Origin: Glycera tridactyla
Taxonomy: Eukaryota
NCBI GenBank assembly: GCA_965644265.1
Contig: OZ286463.1
Span: 68,634,001 to 68,698,000 of the forward strand
Reading direction: 5' to 3'
Length of the DNA stretch: 64,000 nt
In this document: positions 24,301-36,031 of the stretch, piece after piece
Layout: each line of letters opens with the position of its first letter
Numbering within the stretch: position 1 is the first letter of the stretch
The notes under the pieces: model-generated
Seen by the model: only the letters and a program-made list of their open reading frames with translations
Told to the model about the DNA's origin: nothing
Database searches by the model: none
Translations under genes and position numbers: made by a program

Positions 24301-26232
24301 ACGGTTATGAGTGATCATTCCACTTACAAAAGTGAAATTGTAGTGCTTTAAATCGTGGTTTCTCCGGAAAAGATCAGCAAATTCGATAATCACATTCCAT
24401 GGCAGGTCTGATCAAGCTCAGAATGCCGGCCAGTGGAGCTGGCAACTGGTGTAGTGACTAATTTGTACAAATTTACTCAAAATGTTTCACATCCTTTAGC
24501 AACCATCCATGAATTCTGACGATCCTGATCACCTCAGTTGGTTGCCATTGTTATTTGGACGTGCATTAGCATCACGCCTTGCCTCATGTTACTATGTAAA
24601 GTATTTGTGCCCCTTCACTGATAGGTTAGTCATCATAAAGACCGTTGCAACCCTCCTATCAGATTTTATGCTGTTCAGTTGTCGCTCAAATATGAAAGTG
24701 ACAGGTTTCAAAAATGCTTGTCGAGCGTGCACCACCTTCAATGCAGCGGAGCAAAAAAGATTATACATCACCAAAGGGATAATCTACTCGATCAGGCGAG
24801 TTGATACCTCCCAATACCTGTGCATTACGCGATTCATTCATATTTCTATCAGATGAGAAGTGAACGGAAATAGTGGTGCTGGGTGTTCCAGCACTCCAAA
24901 TGCAGCACAATAGGAAGAAACTAATTTTAGTCATCAAGTTTCGATTGTGAAATATGTGCGGGCAGTGGGTTGCAGATTGGACGTGAGGAGGATAGAGTTG
25001 CCGCCATGACAGTTAAATCCAATACAATTATTCTAGTTGCATATTGCCTTCGCCCGAGATTGCGCTCAGCCATATTCTAGCTTGCCTCCTCAATCATCAT
25101 CGCACTCAACAAATGTCAACATTTTTCATAATACATCTCGCCATAGTCAATGGGTAGCGGCATCCAACCCTCCTCCCGGAAGTTAGAGTTGTTTCTATCA
25201 ATTCCATACTTCGGGCTTGAAAGATAGAACCAAAATCAGACCTTAACACTGGGAACGCATCCATGTCGGATGTGATATCTTCATTTTCCGTGCAAAATGT
25301 ATTGGGAATGTAGTGAACACAAGAAGCCATCACCTCCTCCCCTCCGGGAATTTGAAATGCCTTTCCATTACAAAAGTTCCTCCTCCCCACAAAATACACG
25401 TTCTGTGGCGCAGACACAGGCTATCCCAAATGACACTAACTCTGACAAAATGGAGGAGTTCGGAGTTGGTTTCCCTAGGGTCTTCTTTTGATTAGTCTTA
25501 CTCATTGACACTCCATCCATGGCACAGGAGAGCTTGACTGATTTGGGCCTACCACAGAATCAATTGTATTTTTGTCGGTCTGTAATGAGTGTGTCCGTTT
25601 GCTGGAGGGTACGGACAGGCGCAGCCTTGGCAGAGTAAAATAAAGCTCCAGGGGAACGGTGACGTAAGGAACTTGACCATTCACTGAGCGATTAGGCCAA
25701 TAGATTCCGCAACTCTTTCCGGGGCCGGGAAGTTCTTCATCGACAGAAAATATACTCCGCTAATTTCCGCCATTCTAAATACATGCAGTAAAGGATATCT
25801 TGTGTGAAAACAGACCCGGTATTTCTCTACTCGTGTCAGTCGTATATCACCACATGCATATTCTTCTCGACTGGCGGCATTCACAGTTCAACAGTTGTGA
25901 GATCCTCAATTTTTCACTAGCCCAGTGGGACAGTGAGATGATATTCACTGATCGGTGGTGACCCCCCCGCACACACACACTTTAACTTGAGAGTTAATTT
26001 GACACATTGCAAACGCTGCCCACCGAGAGATGACCAGGAAATGGAAACAAAAATGAGTGCTGAGGCATAAATCAATGATGGAGATGTTCAGAATCCCAAG
26101 GCAAAAATACGAGTTCTGCACGACGTTAATTCTTCTTTTTTTAAAGTACACTCTATTTCACGGTGGTGCCTATTCTATGGAGAGCGGATGATCTGTCCCC
26201 CGCAGCCATCACCTGAAAAGCCCCAACACACG

Positions 26233-26292
26233 ATGATGGGGAATCTGAATGAATGTCAAGTGGAAGTAGCTGCCAGTTCAGACACAACTCTG
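26233..26292 (+). repeat. Dispersed repeat family B, copy 3 (partial)
   Basis: atgatggggaatctgaatgaatgtcaagtggaagtagctgccagttcagacacaactctg aligns with the 3' halves of copies 1 and 2. Confidence 0.7.
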
Positions 26293-27012
26293 CATGCCTG
26301 ACAACATGCCTGTGGGAGATGCTGAGGAGGAGGATGCTGTTCGTGTCTGGATGTGTCACCATGACTACAACAATCCTGATGAAGCCTATCCTCACATTCA
26401 TTCATACATTTTCGCATTTATCTTTTCGTTAATCAATTAATTAATTCATTCATACATCCTTTCACCCATCCACTTGATGGTGTTGGTCTTGTGATCCTGA
26501 TTCGATATATCTTGTTCCTTTTCAGGGACTCTATGAACATCCACATCATAATGAATATTCAAACCACTCATTCCCATCATAATAACCGTAAAACATATCT
26601 TATCATCATCAACATATTCACATCAATCACCAATGGATCAAAATCCGTCATCGAACACCGAAATTCACATACAAATGTTCATGCAGATCTTGTAGAGATA
26701 CCATACCATGGAATTACAAGAGCCATGGCAATATGGATATTTTTATTTGGATAAAACACCTGGGACTTATGGACATTTCAGAACACCATCTATACCAATG
26801 TTGACAGTACAGTGCCTTTACGAATTTGTCCTAAGCATGAAGCTGCGGGACATGAAAATGTATGTGCTTGGAGCGAGTTCATGCTTAGTATAGGTCAATT
26901 AGAGTGAAAAATACTCTGGAATTCTCTTACTTGGGACAAGTTCAACTGTATCCGACCAAAGGCTGAAGTTAGATTAACGTTTAACAGGTAAATTGCAGTG
27001 ATTTGGACTTAC

Positions 27013-27200
27013 TTGTATCCCATCTCATCGATGGCGACGGACATGTGTCGAGGCTGTGCAGGGCACGAATACATATTGCGGTCGTCTTCTGGTACCAGGT
27101 CGACGTCGTGGAAGACGAAGCACTGCCACCGGAATTGTTTGAGGGCCTCTACGAAGGCGATATTCATAATGCGGGCCTTGTTGAACGTATCCATTCCTTG
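27013..27200 (-). CDS. B4GALT: GT7 transferase exon (QGMDTFNKARIMNIAFVEALK...FHDVDLVPEDDRNMYSCPAQPRHMSVAIDEMGY)
   Basis: gtttacag| acceptor, AA|GTAAGT donor, 188 nt (same size as human B4GALT1 exon 3); FNKA and DVD motifs. Confidence 0.97.
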
Positions 27201-28149
27201 CTGTAAACACACCAAGATGAATCGTGATCATGGAGTACCACTAAGTCAACATCACTTGATGGTTCGCACACGAAAATCAACCACTGTCAGGCTAAGCCAC
27301 ATATCTTCCTTCTTCTCCCCCTCTCTNNNNNNNNNNNNNNNNNNNNNNNNNNNNNNNNNNNNNNNNNNNNNNNNNNNNNNNNNNNNNNNNNNNNNNNNNN
27401 NNNNNNNNNNNNNNNNNNNNNNNNNNNNNNNNNNNNNNNNNNNNNNNNNNNNNNNNNNNNNNNNNNNNNNNNNNNNNNNNNNNNNNNNNNNNNNNNNNNN
27501 NNNNNNNNNNNNNNNNNNNNNNNNNNNNNNNNNNNNNNNNNNNNNNNNNNNNNNNNNNNNNNNNNNNNNNNNNNNNNNNNNNNNNNNNNNNNNNNNNNNN
27601 NNNNNNNNNNNNNNNNNNNNNNNNNNNNNNNNNNNNCCTAACCAATCAATTACTCACTTCAAACATCGAACATCAAACATCTATTCATCAATCCTCTTCA
27701 CATGCACTCGTCGAGAAGGCATACATGAGAGAATATCGCGAAAATCCGTGCGCCTTCCAGGACAATGGGCGACAATGCATTCAGTCGTCCACGTATGCCA
27801 TACTGAATTATTATTATTGGCCATATGTCTCTGTCAAACACAGATGAATTAGCTCCAGATCGACAACTCACAGGGGAGCGCTGCCTGTATGCAAATGTGC
27901 TAGGATTGGTGTTCTGTAATACATAAATATATATAATAGAATCATGACGTGGGCATATACACTCAAACGGATATCAGTGGTGTCCTAAGAGGATTCACCA
28001 CCGAATCTGCATCTGACTTTTCAAGATGAGAGGCAAACTTCACCCACTCCCCTACTCTGATCCTTGAAACCCCAGCTCTGCACCACAATCGCACATGTGG
28101 GATGATGATCATGATACTGGTGTAGGTGGTGAAATTGAATGGAAATGGT

Positions 28150-28316
28150 GTTGTTTTAGGTCCACTTTCTGCACTTTAGTAGGCTAAATCGGACCACCTG
28201 CCAAGGAGGAGCGAAGATGAAGGGTGAAACATTCCTGCATGGTAGGCCCTGGGATTGAACCCTGGACCCATTGCATGCCAGCCCAGTACGCTACCACTGA
28301 GCCACCGAGGCAGGCT
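28150..28316 (-). mobile_element. tRNA(Ala-like)-derived SINE
   Basis: A-box TGGCTCAGTGG (28294-28304) and B-box GGTTCAATCCC (28251-28261) with tRNA-like spacing, but the acceptor and T stems do not pair, and a non-tRNA body follows. Confidence 0.7.
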
Positions 28317-28769
28317 GTAGGTGGTGGACGTGGTGGTGATGATGATGATGATGATGATGATTGATTGATTGATTTGATTTGATTGATTTAACTTTATTTT
28401 AATTCGTACAAGAAACAATTACATTCAATATGAACACTTTTTCAGTACGACGAACAAGGAAAGAAAGCAAAGAAACAAAAACATTCGTAATTGGTCACAA
28501 CAAAAAATAAGAAGACATTTACATACAAATTGTTGATATTCTAGATGTCATGATTGTTGATGGTAATATGATGAAAATGTAGGATGAAATGAATGAATAA
28601 GATGCAGTGGGGATTACTCAGCAGTTACTCAATTGCATTAAAATAATCATCACACAGATCATGTAATCCTACTATATCATACATAGTATGCCTTTGTGGA
28701 TATCATCCCGTTAAATTGTTGATAGAGAAAAGTGACGTGCATACTATTGCATACTTAATTTACATATTT

Positions 28770-30217
28770 TCAATTTTTCACAGTCTTCAACCACTTTTTG
28801 AATTTATTTGGTTCAGATATTTCCACTTCTTGATGCTTATCCACAAAGGAATTCCAAGTACGAGCAGCCCTATATCTAAAGTTTCTTTCAGTGAGTCTAT
28901 ACCTCAGCTTTTCTGTAGTTAGATATGGTTTCTCTTTCGAGCGAGTTGCATGCGTATGAGTTGCCTCTGCAAGACAACATACAGGGGTCCCAGAAATATG
29001 ACCACATAAATAGTTATTAACCATGATAATTTCATGATTATCCCTTCTACTTTTTAACATCGGCATATTCAATTCATCATGCAATGCTACGGTGCTATAT
29101 CTATTTGGTACTCGAGCAACATGCCGAAGAGCCTTATTCTGTAAACGTTGTAGAGTATCATTATCTCGTTGAGACAGACAATTATAGACTACATCAGCAT
29201 AGTCAAACAAAGGCATAACTAGGGTCTTGTAGAGCATCAGACTAGTGCTTTGGCTCAGCACAGGTCTGATCCTCCCCAGGACCCCAATTCTGCCTATTGC
29301 CTTAGCTCGTATGTGTGTCACGTGATGTTTAAATGTCAAAGTGGAGTCCAGGACAACTCCAAGATACTTCATTTTATCTGTAAATTCTACTCCAGTACCA
29401 TCAATCTCTAGCTTAATATTCTCGAAAGCTTTCAACTTGCTTGGTATTCCAAATAACATTGCTTTGGTCTTACTGAGATTGAGAGACAGGCGATTATACC
29501 TCATCCACTGTGACACACATGCTAATATATTACTTAAATGCTGTTGCATTTGTTGTACATTATCACAGCTGTAACATATCGCAGTGTCATCTGCGTACAA
29601 GAATGTGCGAGTATTGATTGTGGCGCCCCTCAAGAAACAAGGCAGATCATTAATATAAATACTAAACAAAAGCGGTCCGAGTATCGATCCCTGAGGGACG
29701 CCACATCTTATAGGTAATGTGTTGGAGACATGCCCTCCAACTCTCGTCTCACACCTCCTCTCCCCTAGGTAACTACTTAGCCAGCATATCGCATTGTTAT
29801 CAAGACCGTATCTCGACAGCTTGCGAAGCAAGAGCGCATGGTCCACCGTGTCGAAAGCCTTCTTTAGGTCCAGGAACAGAGTCCCACTGACAGCACCTTG
29901 TTCAATGTTATGATAAACATTATCTAAAAATTCTAGAAGACAGCTGCCAGTGGAACGCCCGCTCCTGAACCCTGACTGCTCCCGACACAGCAAATCCATG
30001 CGCTCTATATAGCTATACAATTGTCTATGGACCAAGCGTTCTAACAACTTACTCGAAACAGATAGCAAACTAATGGGTCTATAATTATTAGTCAGAGATC
30101 TATCCCCTTCTTTATATAAAGGAATGACTGTAGCGGTTTTCCAGATTGCTGGAAATTTACCTTGGGCAATTGATAGATTGAACACTTCACACAACATTGG
30201 TGATATACATTCAACAC
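28770..30217 (-). pseudogene. LINE ORF2, reverse transcriptase and C-terminal part
   Basis: NYRPISLL, QSGFR, FLDLKKAFDTVDH, GVPQGSILGPLLF, YADDT, KYLGV, HxxxTRS and FRYRAARTWN. Joined to the upstream part by a 1-bp frameshift near 30218. Confidence 0.95.
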
Positions 30218-31768
30218 AATTTTGATCACAGTAGAAGGTAGTCCATCATTTCTGCCTGATTTGCTTACATTTAAAAGTTGGATTGCCTCAGATACATCCT
30301 CTATACATATCATTTTCAATGAAAAAGTCTCATCCAACGTATATGGAAAATGTTCCAGAGGATCACCGTCGCCTTCTCGACTTATTATTCGTGACGATAA
30401 ATCAACACCCACTTCTGCAAAATGCTTGTTCATTAGTTCAGGGATTAGAGTAGGATCAGTACAGCTTCCAATTTTCAAGATCGAAGTGTTTTCTTTCCCA
30501 TTACTCCAAAATTTACGAATCTCTCTCCAGAGTTTCTTCTTATCATCTGAATAACGGGACATTTTGTCGTCCAAGAACTCTTTTTGTAATTTTAGTTTTA
30601 GTTTCTTACAATCCTTCTGAAGATCTGTCTTAGTTTTATGTGTTTCAGGTGTTGGGTTTTTCCTATACTTGCTACTGGCAAGCTCACGCATGCGTACTAA
30701 GTCGAGAAAGTCACCGGTGATCCACTCCGGACTATCCTCATAGACCTTGTAGCGTTTGAGTGGTATACATGAATTCACAATATCAGATATTTTCTCAAAT
30801 AGGACATCAGTGCATCTATCCAGGTCACCAGTATTTCCATACAGAATATCCTTCCAATGAAGATCAGAGAGTTTTTCTCTTAATGCCTCGTAATCAGTTT
30901 TCATGTAATTCCGCAGGAAAACCCATGTGCTCCTTTTGTTTATCTTCTCCTTTTTCCTTGTCACAAAAACTAGGCAATGATCAGATAGCCCTGGATCAAT
31001 GACTCCTGACACCCTGTACATATCACAATTAGACACGAAGATATGATCTATACATGATGCTGAAACGTTTGACACCCTTGTGGGCTGGTCAATCAGTTGA
31101 TGTAGCTGATTTGATTTACAGAAACCATTGATTGTTCTTTTAGAGGGACCAATTTTATAGGTGTCTTGATTCGTATCACCAAGAATTACAATATCGCAAT
31201 TTTCATCAATAATATCCAAGATCTTGTTATCCAGTATCTCAAAGGCGTGCTTTACATTACCCTTAGGTGGTCTGTACATGATACATATGTATGTCGGTTT
31301 GGTTTCAGGGAGATGCATTTTAACCCACATCAGTTCAACGTCATTGTTGCATACACACCATTCACTCACAAGCTCGACTATTCTATCTTCACGAAAGTAA
31401 AGTACCAATCCCCCTCCTCCTCTCAAGCCAACTCCTCCATCCCGATCAAAACGAATCAATTTGTATCCCTTGATATTCAGTTCACTTGATTCTATACAAG
31501 AGTTTAAAAATGTTTCACCGAGGGCCAATATGTTGAGTTTACTCTCTTTAAGAAGAATTCGGATATCACTTAATTTTCGAACTAGACTGCGTATATTCAG
31601 AAAGCCCATACTTACGCCTTTGAGATTGGATAGATCTTTGGACAGATCAAATTTGGATAAATTATTAGTCCCAGGAATAGATGTATTTATGCTTGCATGA
31701 CCTGATTGATCATTTTCGTAATCTACTGCAGTTGTAAATGAGATGCGATGAGATGGATGAGATGACAT
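30218..31768 (-). pseudogene. LINE ORF2, apurinic-like endonuclease and linker
   Basis: NIRSL, LGETF, RFDR..GGG, YRPP, LGDTN, PTR...SCIDH and SDH; first ATG at 31768. Confidence 0.95.
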
Positions 31769-32697
31769 CAAGTGTTATTGCCAACTTAGTTGGACAAAAT
31801 CAAAATAAAAATAATATGAAAAGAACAAAAAAGCAGCAATCACTGATTGCGGGTAGGAGCACTTGTTAACAAGTTATGTATCGAGCAGATTAATAGCGTA
31901 ATGTTGTAGGGGGGGGGGTTATGCTATATGCATATATTCATAATTGTATGAGGTATGCTGCTCCACTAGACTCCATTTGAGAAGATCCCGTAGGTACGAT
32001 TGGTCCCATGTGACTTGTCGAATAGAAAAGTAGAGAACATGTTAAATGATTAAAGTCAATACTCCACTCGTTATATATAAAAAGAGGGGGGGGGGCGGGG
32101 GACAACTCAAATAAAGCATACAACTCAAATAAAGCATACGAGTTTCCAGAATTTATATAAAAAACAATACATAGGTCGTGCCAAATCTGGTTATGTACAC
32201 ATCTTCCCACAAAGTATATCTCCCTTGGGGTGAACAGGTATCCCTGCACTTCCTTCAGAGTAGACAACCTCATCGGGGAATTTGTTTACATAGATTTTCA
32301 AACTGAGGAGAGAGCATATGAGTTGTTCGGGTGTCCCCTAACTTCCTGTCTATGTCACTCTCCACAGCTTCTGAGACTCTTTGGAATTTTTAAGTTTGGT
32401 TTGTAATCATAGATTTGATCCCCTTAATGATTTCCCTGATCACACAGTGTAGACATGTTTTTAGAGTGACCTTTCCAATTGTTTTGATCATCACACATAC
32501 CTCACCATCCGTCATTCTCAGTTTCATGGATGGGACTCCTTCAATTCCTTATCGAACACCTCGCATCATTCTTAGACAATCACAAAATCTGAATCAGTTT
32601 CAATAGCAGAAACACAATACATGCAAATAATCCCTATCAGAAACATACATGTAGTCCCCTCATCCCTTAATCAAGTTTCATCTGACTCTCTGCTCTT

Positions 32698-33717
32698 TTA
32701 ACATGATTTTTTTGCCTTTGCTAGTTCAGATTGTGGGATACAGATTTCACGTAGAATTTCAGAGATTACAGATCTTTCAGCATTATCTGCCTTTCGCTTT
32801 CTGGCCCTGTTAGACCTTGGAAGGATTTCATTCAAGACCTCTTCATGCTCGCTAATCCAATGGTCCAAGGGGGCCCCAATCACTTCATATCCTAGAGCAT
32901 TATACCCTTTTATACTCAGATGGATTTTGTCCTCACTCAAATATCCAGGTATGATCTCACCATGAAGTCGGGGATCTCTCCTCTCAGCATTGGCACCAAT
33001 CTTGAAACCATGTTTGAGTGCATGTTTGTAATGCATGGTGTGGAATAACCTTTAAACAAAGATATAACGTATTGTATCATGTACCATGGAATTACATTCA
33101 TGTCGGATAAAACTGTCAATACTAATTGCCACCTGTTTAGTGGCTTCCTCCCATGTGGGTCTCCATAAGATCGGGATATGAAAAAGGTGGGCATTCGGGA
33201 AAAGACCCCTCAATAACCAAACTGCGTTTCTAATTGCTGGAAATAGGTTACATAAGAAGGTCTGTTGAAGATTTGTGAGAAGTTGTTTGCGTATACGAGG
33301 GTCTTTATGTTGTGCCTTCCATAGATTTTTATGGAATATATGCACATCATTGGACCCCAAGATTACTATTACATAATGTGGGTCAATTTTTTTATGATCC
33401 TGTCCATCAGTAGCCTTATCATCGTGCAGGTAACCTCTCTCCTTGGGATCGAATTTTTCAATAAATTCGCGATGAAATGTCTCCCATTTCCCGCCACTTA
33501 TCCCGAAAAATGTCCATTTCGACAGCAGAGTTTTAGATTTCCCTTCAGGCATCAATTTAATATTATTACCGAATCTTCGTGCATGACTTGATCCTACTAC
33601 AAGGACTTCCGGCTCTCCAATGAGATCGAGTTTATGTTGTCGACGTTCAATCGGACACATGTGAACTGGTAGCTTCATTCGCTCACTGGCTTGCCTCGAC
33701 TGTTCCCACCGGTTTTT
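32698..33717 (-). pseudogene. SGNH/GDSL-type esterase ORF of the LINE, interrupted by one in-frame TAA (33052-33054)
   Basis: Blocks VLVVGSSH, GISGG, ILGSND and DKIHLS are all present. Track ORFs 33052-33678 and 32698-33036 are in the same frame, separated by TAA plus 5 codons. Confidence 0.85.
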
Positions 33718-33952
33718 CTAGCAACACACAAATCAAACTGGTAATATACATCATGTATAATTCTGCACAACTAAGCATTATTTATCATTTATCATGTATT
33801 ATTCGTTCGGTATCAGGGTATCAATCAGACAAATCTACCGTAGGTAACATTCGTTTTACCGAGATCTATTTTTACGTGTGCGCTCACGCATTGCGATGAG
33901 TCTATTGTTTACCAATTCTTGACGAGTGTAGAGAGCTTTAATGTTGACTTAC

Positions 33953-33967
33953 CGGCATATCGCTCAT
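33953..33967 (-). CDS. Candidate 5-codon first exon (MSDMP) of the esterase ORF
   Basis: caatATG with A at -3, then a CCG|GTAAGT donor; joins in frame to the acceptor at 33718. Confidence 0.5.
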
Positions 33968-34014
33968 ATTGTCCTTTGGGAGGACGCGTACCTCATTGAC
34001 ATAACGTATTTGAT

Positions 34015-34800
34015 TCATGTCTGACTCGTTAAAGAATCAAAATTCTGAAATCTGTTCGACACGTCAACAACCGTCTGTGCAAATGGCGTTCTGTTCTTTT
34101 TGAAAAACCGTTTAGGTCGCGTAAACTCGCGTGGTTTAGAGCCGCCCTCTAGGAGATCAATTTGTTCTGCTTTTCTAGCTTTACCGCCAGATGGTGGGTT
34201 CTTAACAGATTCGTTCCCGCTGCCCCCAGAGAGGACACCTGCACTGCGATACCTAGCCAACCAATTTTCTAGGAAATCACTTTGTTTGCCTGATTTACTG
34301 GTTTTGGATCCGTCCTTGTTTCCAATATCTCCTTCCTTCGACATGTCAGTTGCCTGACTACCAGTTACCAGACTCGCAATACTAGGTTTCATATGCTCAT
34401 CTACTGATCCAACCCCTACGTTCATGGTGTGTGTGGGTTGGGACTGCATGTGAGATTTGGACATTGTTTGTGAGATTCCCTCGGCATCTTTCTGAATTGG
34501 GACAGGGGGATTTCCTTTCTGTGAGTCTCTAACTCCGCGATCCTTCCCACATATTTCATGTAGCCTGTCAAGAGAAAATAGTGGGATACGGTCCTTTTTC
34601 TTATCTTTTGCAGCATAGACCTTGCCATCTCTGGTCCAGACGCTGTCGAGGGTACCCTTTAACCTCGCTTCCTTCGCATTTCGTAGAATCACATTCTCGC
34701 GTTCAGTCAACTGTTCACGAAAGAAGATATCAGATCCTTTGACATTCACCTTGCGGATAAGGATTTCCTTTCTAATATTGCTATGAGCAAATCTCACTTT
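34015..34800 (-). pseudogene. LINE ORF1, 5'-truncated (end of RRM plus CTD, then a long disordered tail)
   Basis: VRF..SNIRKEIL..K..KGSDIFFREQLT...AKEARLKG..DSVWTRDGKVY is the typical LINE ORF1 CTD pattern. The poly-His N-terminus in the track is only the flanking (CAT)n. Confidence 0.85.
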
Positions 34801-34836
<36 letters not shown>

Positions 34837-35584
34837 CAAATGCTATTAGGGGAGAATCAGGGTTATGGTGGCTGGGTAGGAGTGAAGGTCAGTGTAGGCT
34901 CGGATGGACATATATGTTTTATTGATGCCATTTAGTGAGTGTCAGCCCAGGATTATGGATGGCCATGGTCATTTGATGCATTACATGAATTACATACAGA
35001 ATGGTCGACTGTGGTCTGCTACTGGCTGGCAGTCACACGTAAGCACACACAATCAGGTGTGCTTGCACAGAATACAACACCAACATGCACATAATCATTC
35101 TTCCTCAGACATTGATACACAAAACTCCACATATATGAATACAGTCCCTCTCTCACACACAAATACATGATATGCACATAAATACTGCCTTGCACATGAA
35201 CATACACACACAGACACAATCATGCATGATAGGCATTTCTCACCTTATATGCAGGGTCCACCTCTCGATATGAAAGCGAGACTACACTCGCAAGCAACTC
35301 TCACCTGTACCTGGTCGGTCAGTAACATAGTATTTGTATGATGCTGGACCTTGATGGAACTTTGATTATATTACATGTATTATGACAATCTGACAAAATG
35401 ATGTATTTGGAGAATTCTGCGCTGGATAAAGATGTTTGTTGTCGAAATTCAAGTCTTCACTCAGAAGGACACAGGTTCTGACTAGAATGACACCTGCTAC
35501 ACATATATGTGATACCATCTCAACTAAGAGTAGAAGGGCCACGTTTCACAAACTTTTGATTGCCACTTGCTTGGAATGAACCAG

Positions 35585-35585
<1 letters not shown>

Positions 35586-35627
<42 letters not shown>

Positions 35628-35669
35628 ATGTGTGTGTGTGAGTGTGCGTGTGTGTGTGTGTGTGTTTGT
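35586..35669 (+). repeat. (GT)n microsatellite
   Basis: Direct reading. Confidence 0.95.
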
Positions 35670-35756
35670 GACTATGTACTAAAAAGGTGAGAAGAACCAT
35701 CAATAGTGTATGCTGGAGAGTTGTACTTCATGAAAAATAGCCCCTCAGAATCACTA

Positions 35757-36031
35757 TATAGTGGAACTAGGACAAGAGTTCCTTGGTGAGAGACCTCTGC
35801 CTTGAGGGACCACTACTTGAGAGCCCCTTCTCTATTTTACATACAGACTTTTAGTGATATGCAATTGAACCTGTCTATGAAGGCCACCTTCTGTTGTATC
35901 GAAAAGTGGCCTCTATAAGCAGGTGGTCTTATATATGGAGAGGTGAATTACTGTTGAAAATACCATCATAGTCGCAGCTCAGGGTGGCCGCTATGGGCAG
36001 GAGGTCTTCTTTTGAGCAGGTTTGCCTGTAT
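35757..36031. mobile_element. pogo/Tc1-mariner-type MITE (decayed), with related fragments to about 36310
   Basis: Ends tatagtggaac... / ...caggtttgcctgtata; internal gaacctgtctatgaaggccacc and gtggtc/gaccac blocks; shares sequence with 6236-6330. Confidence 0.6.

Larger units (their letters stand above)
28362..34800 (-). mobile_element. 5'-truncated CR1/L2-group non-LTR retrotransposon (ORF1 fragment, SGNH esterase ORF, APE-RT ORF2), sense orientation in a B4GALT intron
   Basis: AATAAA at 28393-28398 followed by an (AATC)n-like tail; (GAT)8 at 28338-28361 and (ATG)12 at 34801-34836 flank the element; ORF content is listed below. Confidence 0.95.

Noticed and set aside
24900-25900. CpG-richer block with consecutive minus-strand ORFs, considered as a tyrosine-recombinase element
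   Set aside because: No convincing catalytic R-H-R-H-Y pattern or terminal structure.
28245-28311. Functional tRNA gene
   Set aside because: A and B boxes are present, but the acceptor and T stems do not pair and there is no terminator; it is treated as a SINE head.
34801-34839. His12-tagged N-terminus of the 274-aa ORF (synthetic tag or metal-binding protein)
   Set aside because: It is the flanking (CAT)n microsatellite read in frame into the truncated ORF1.
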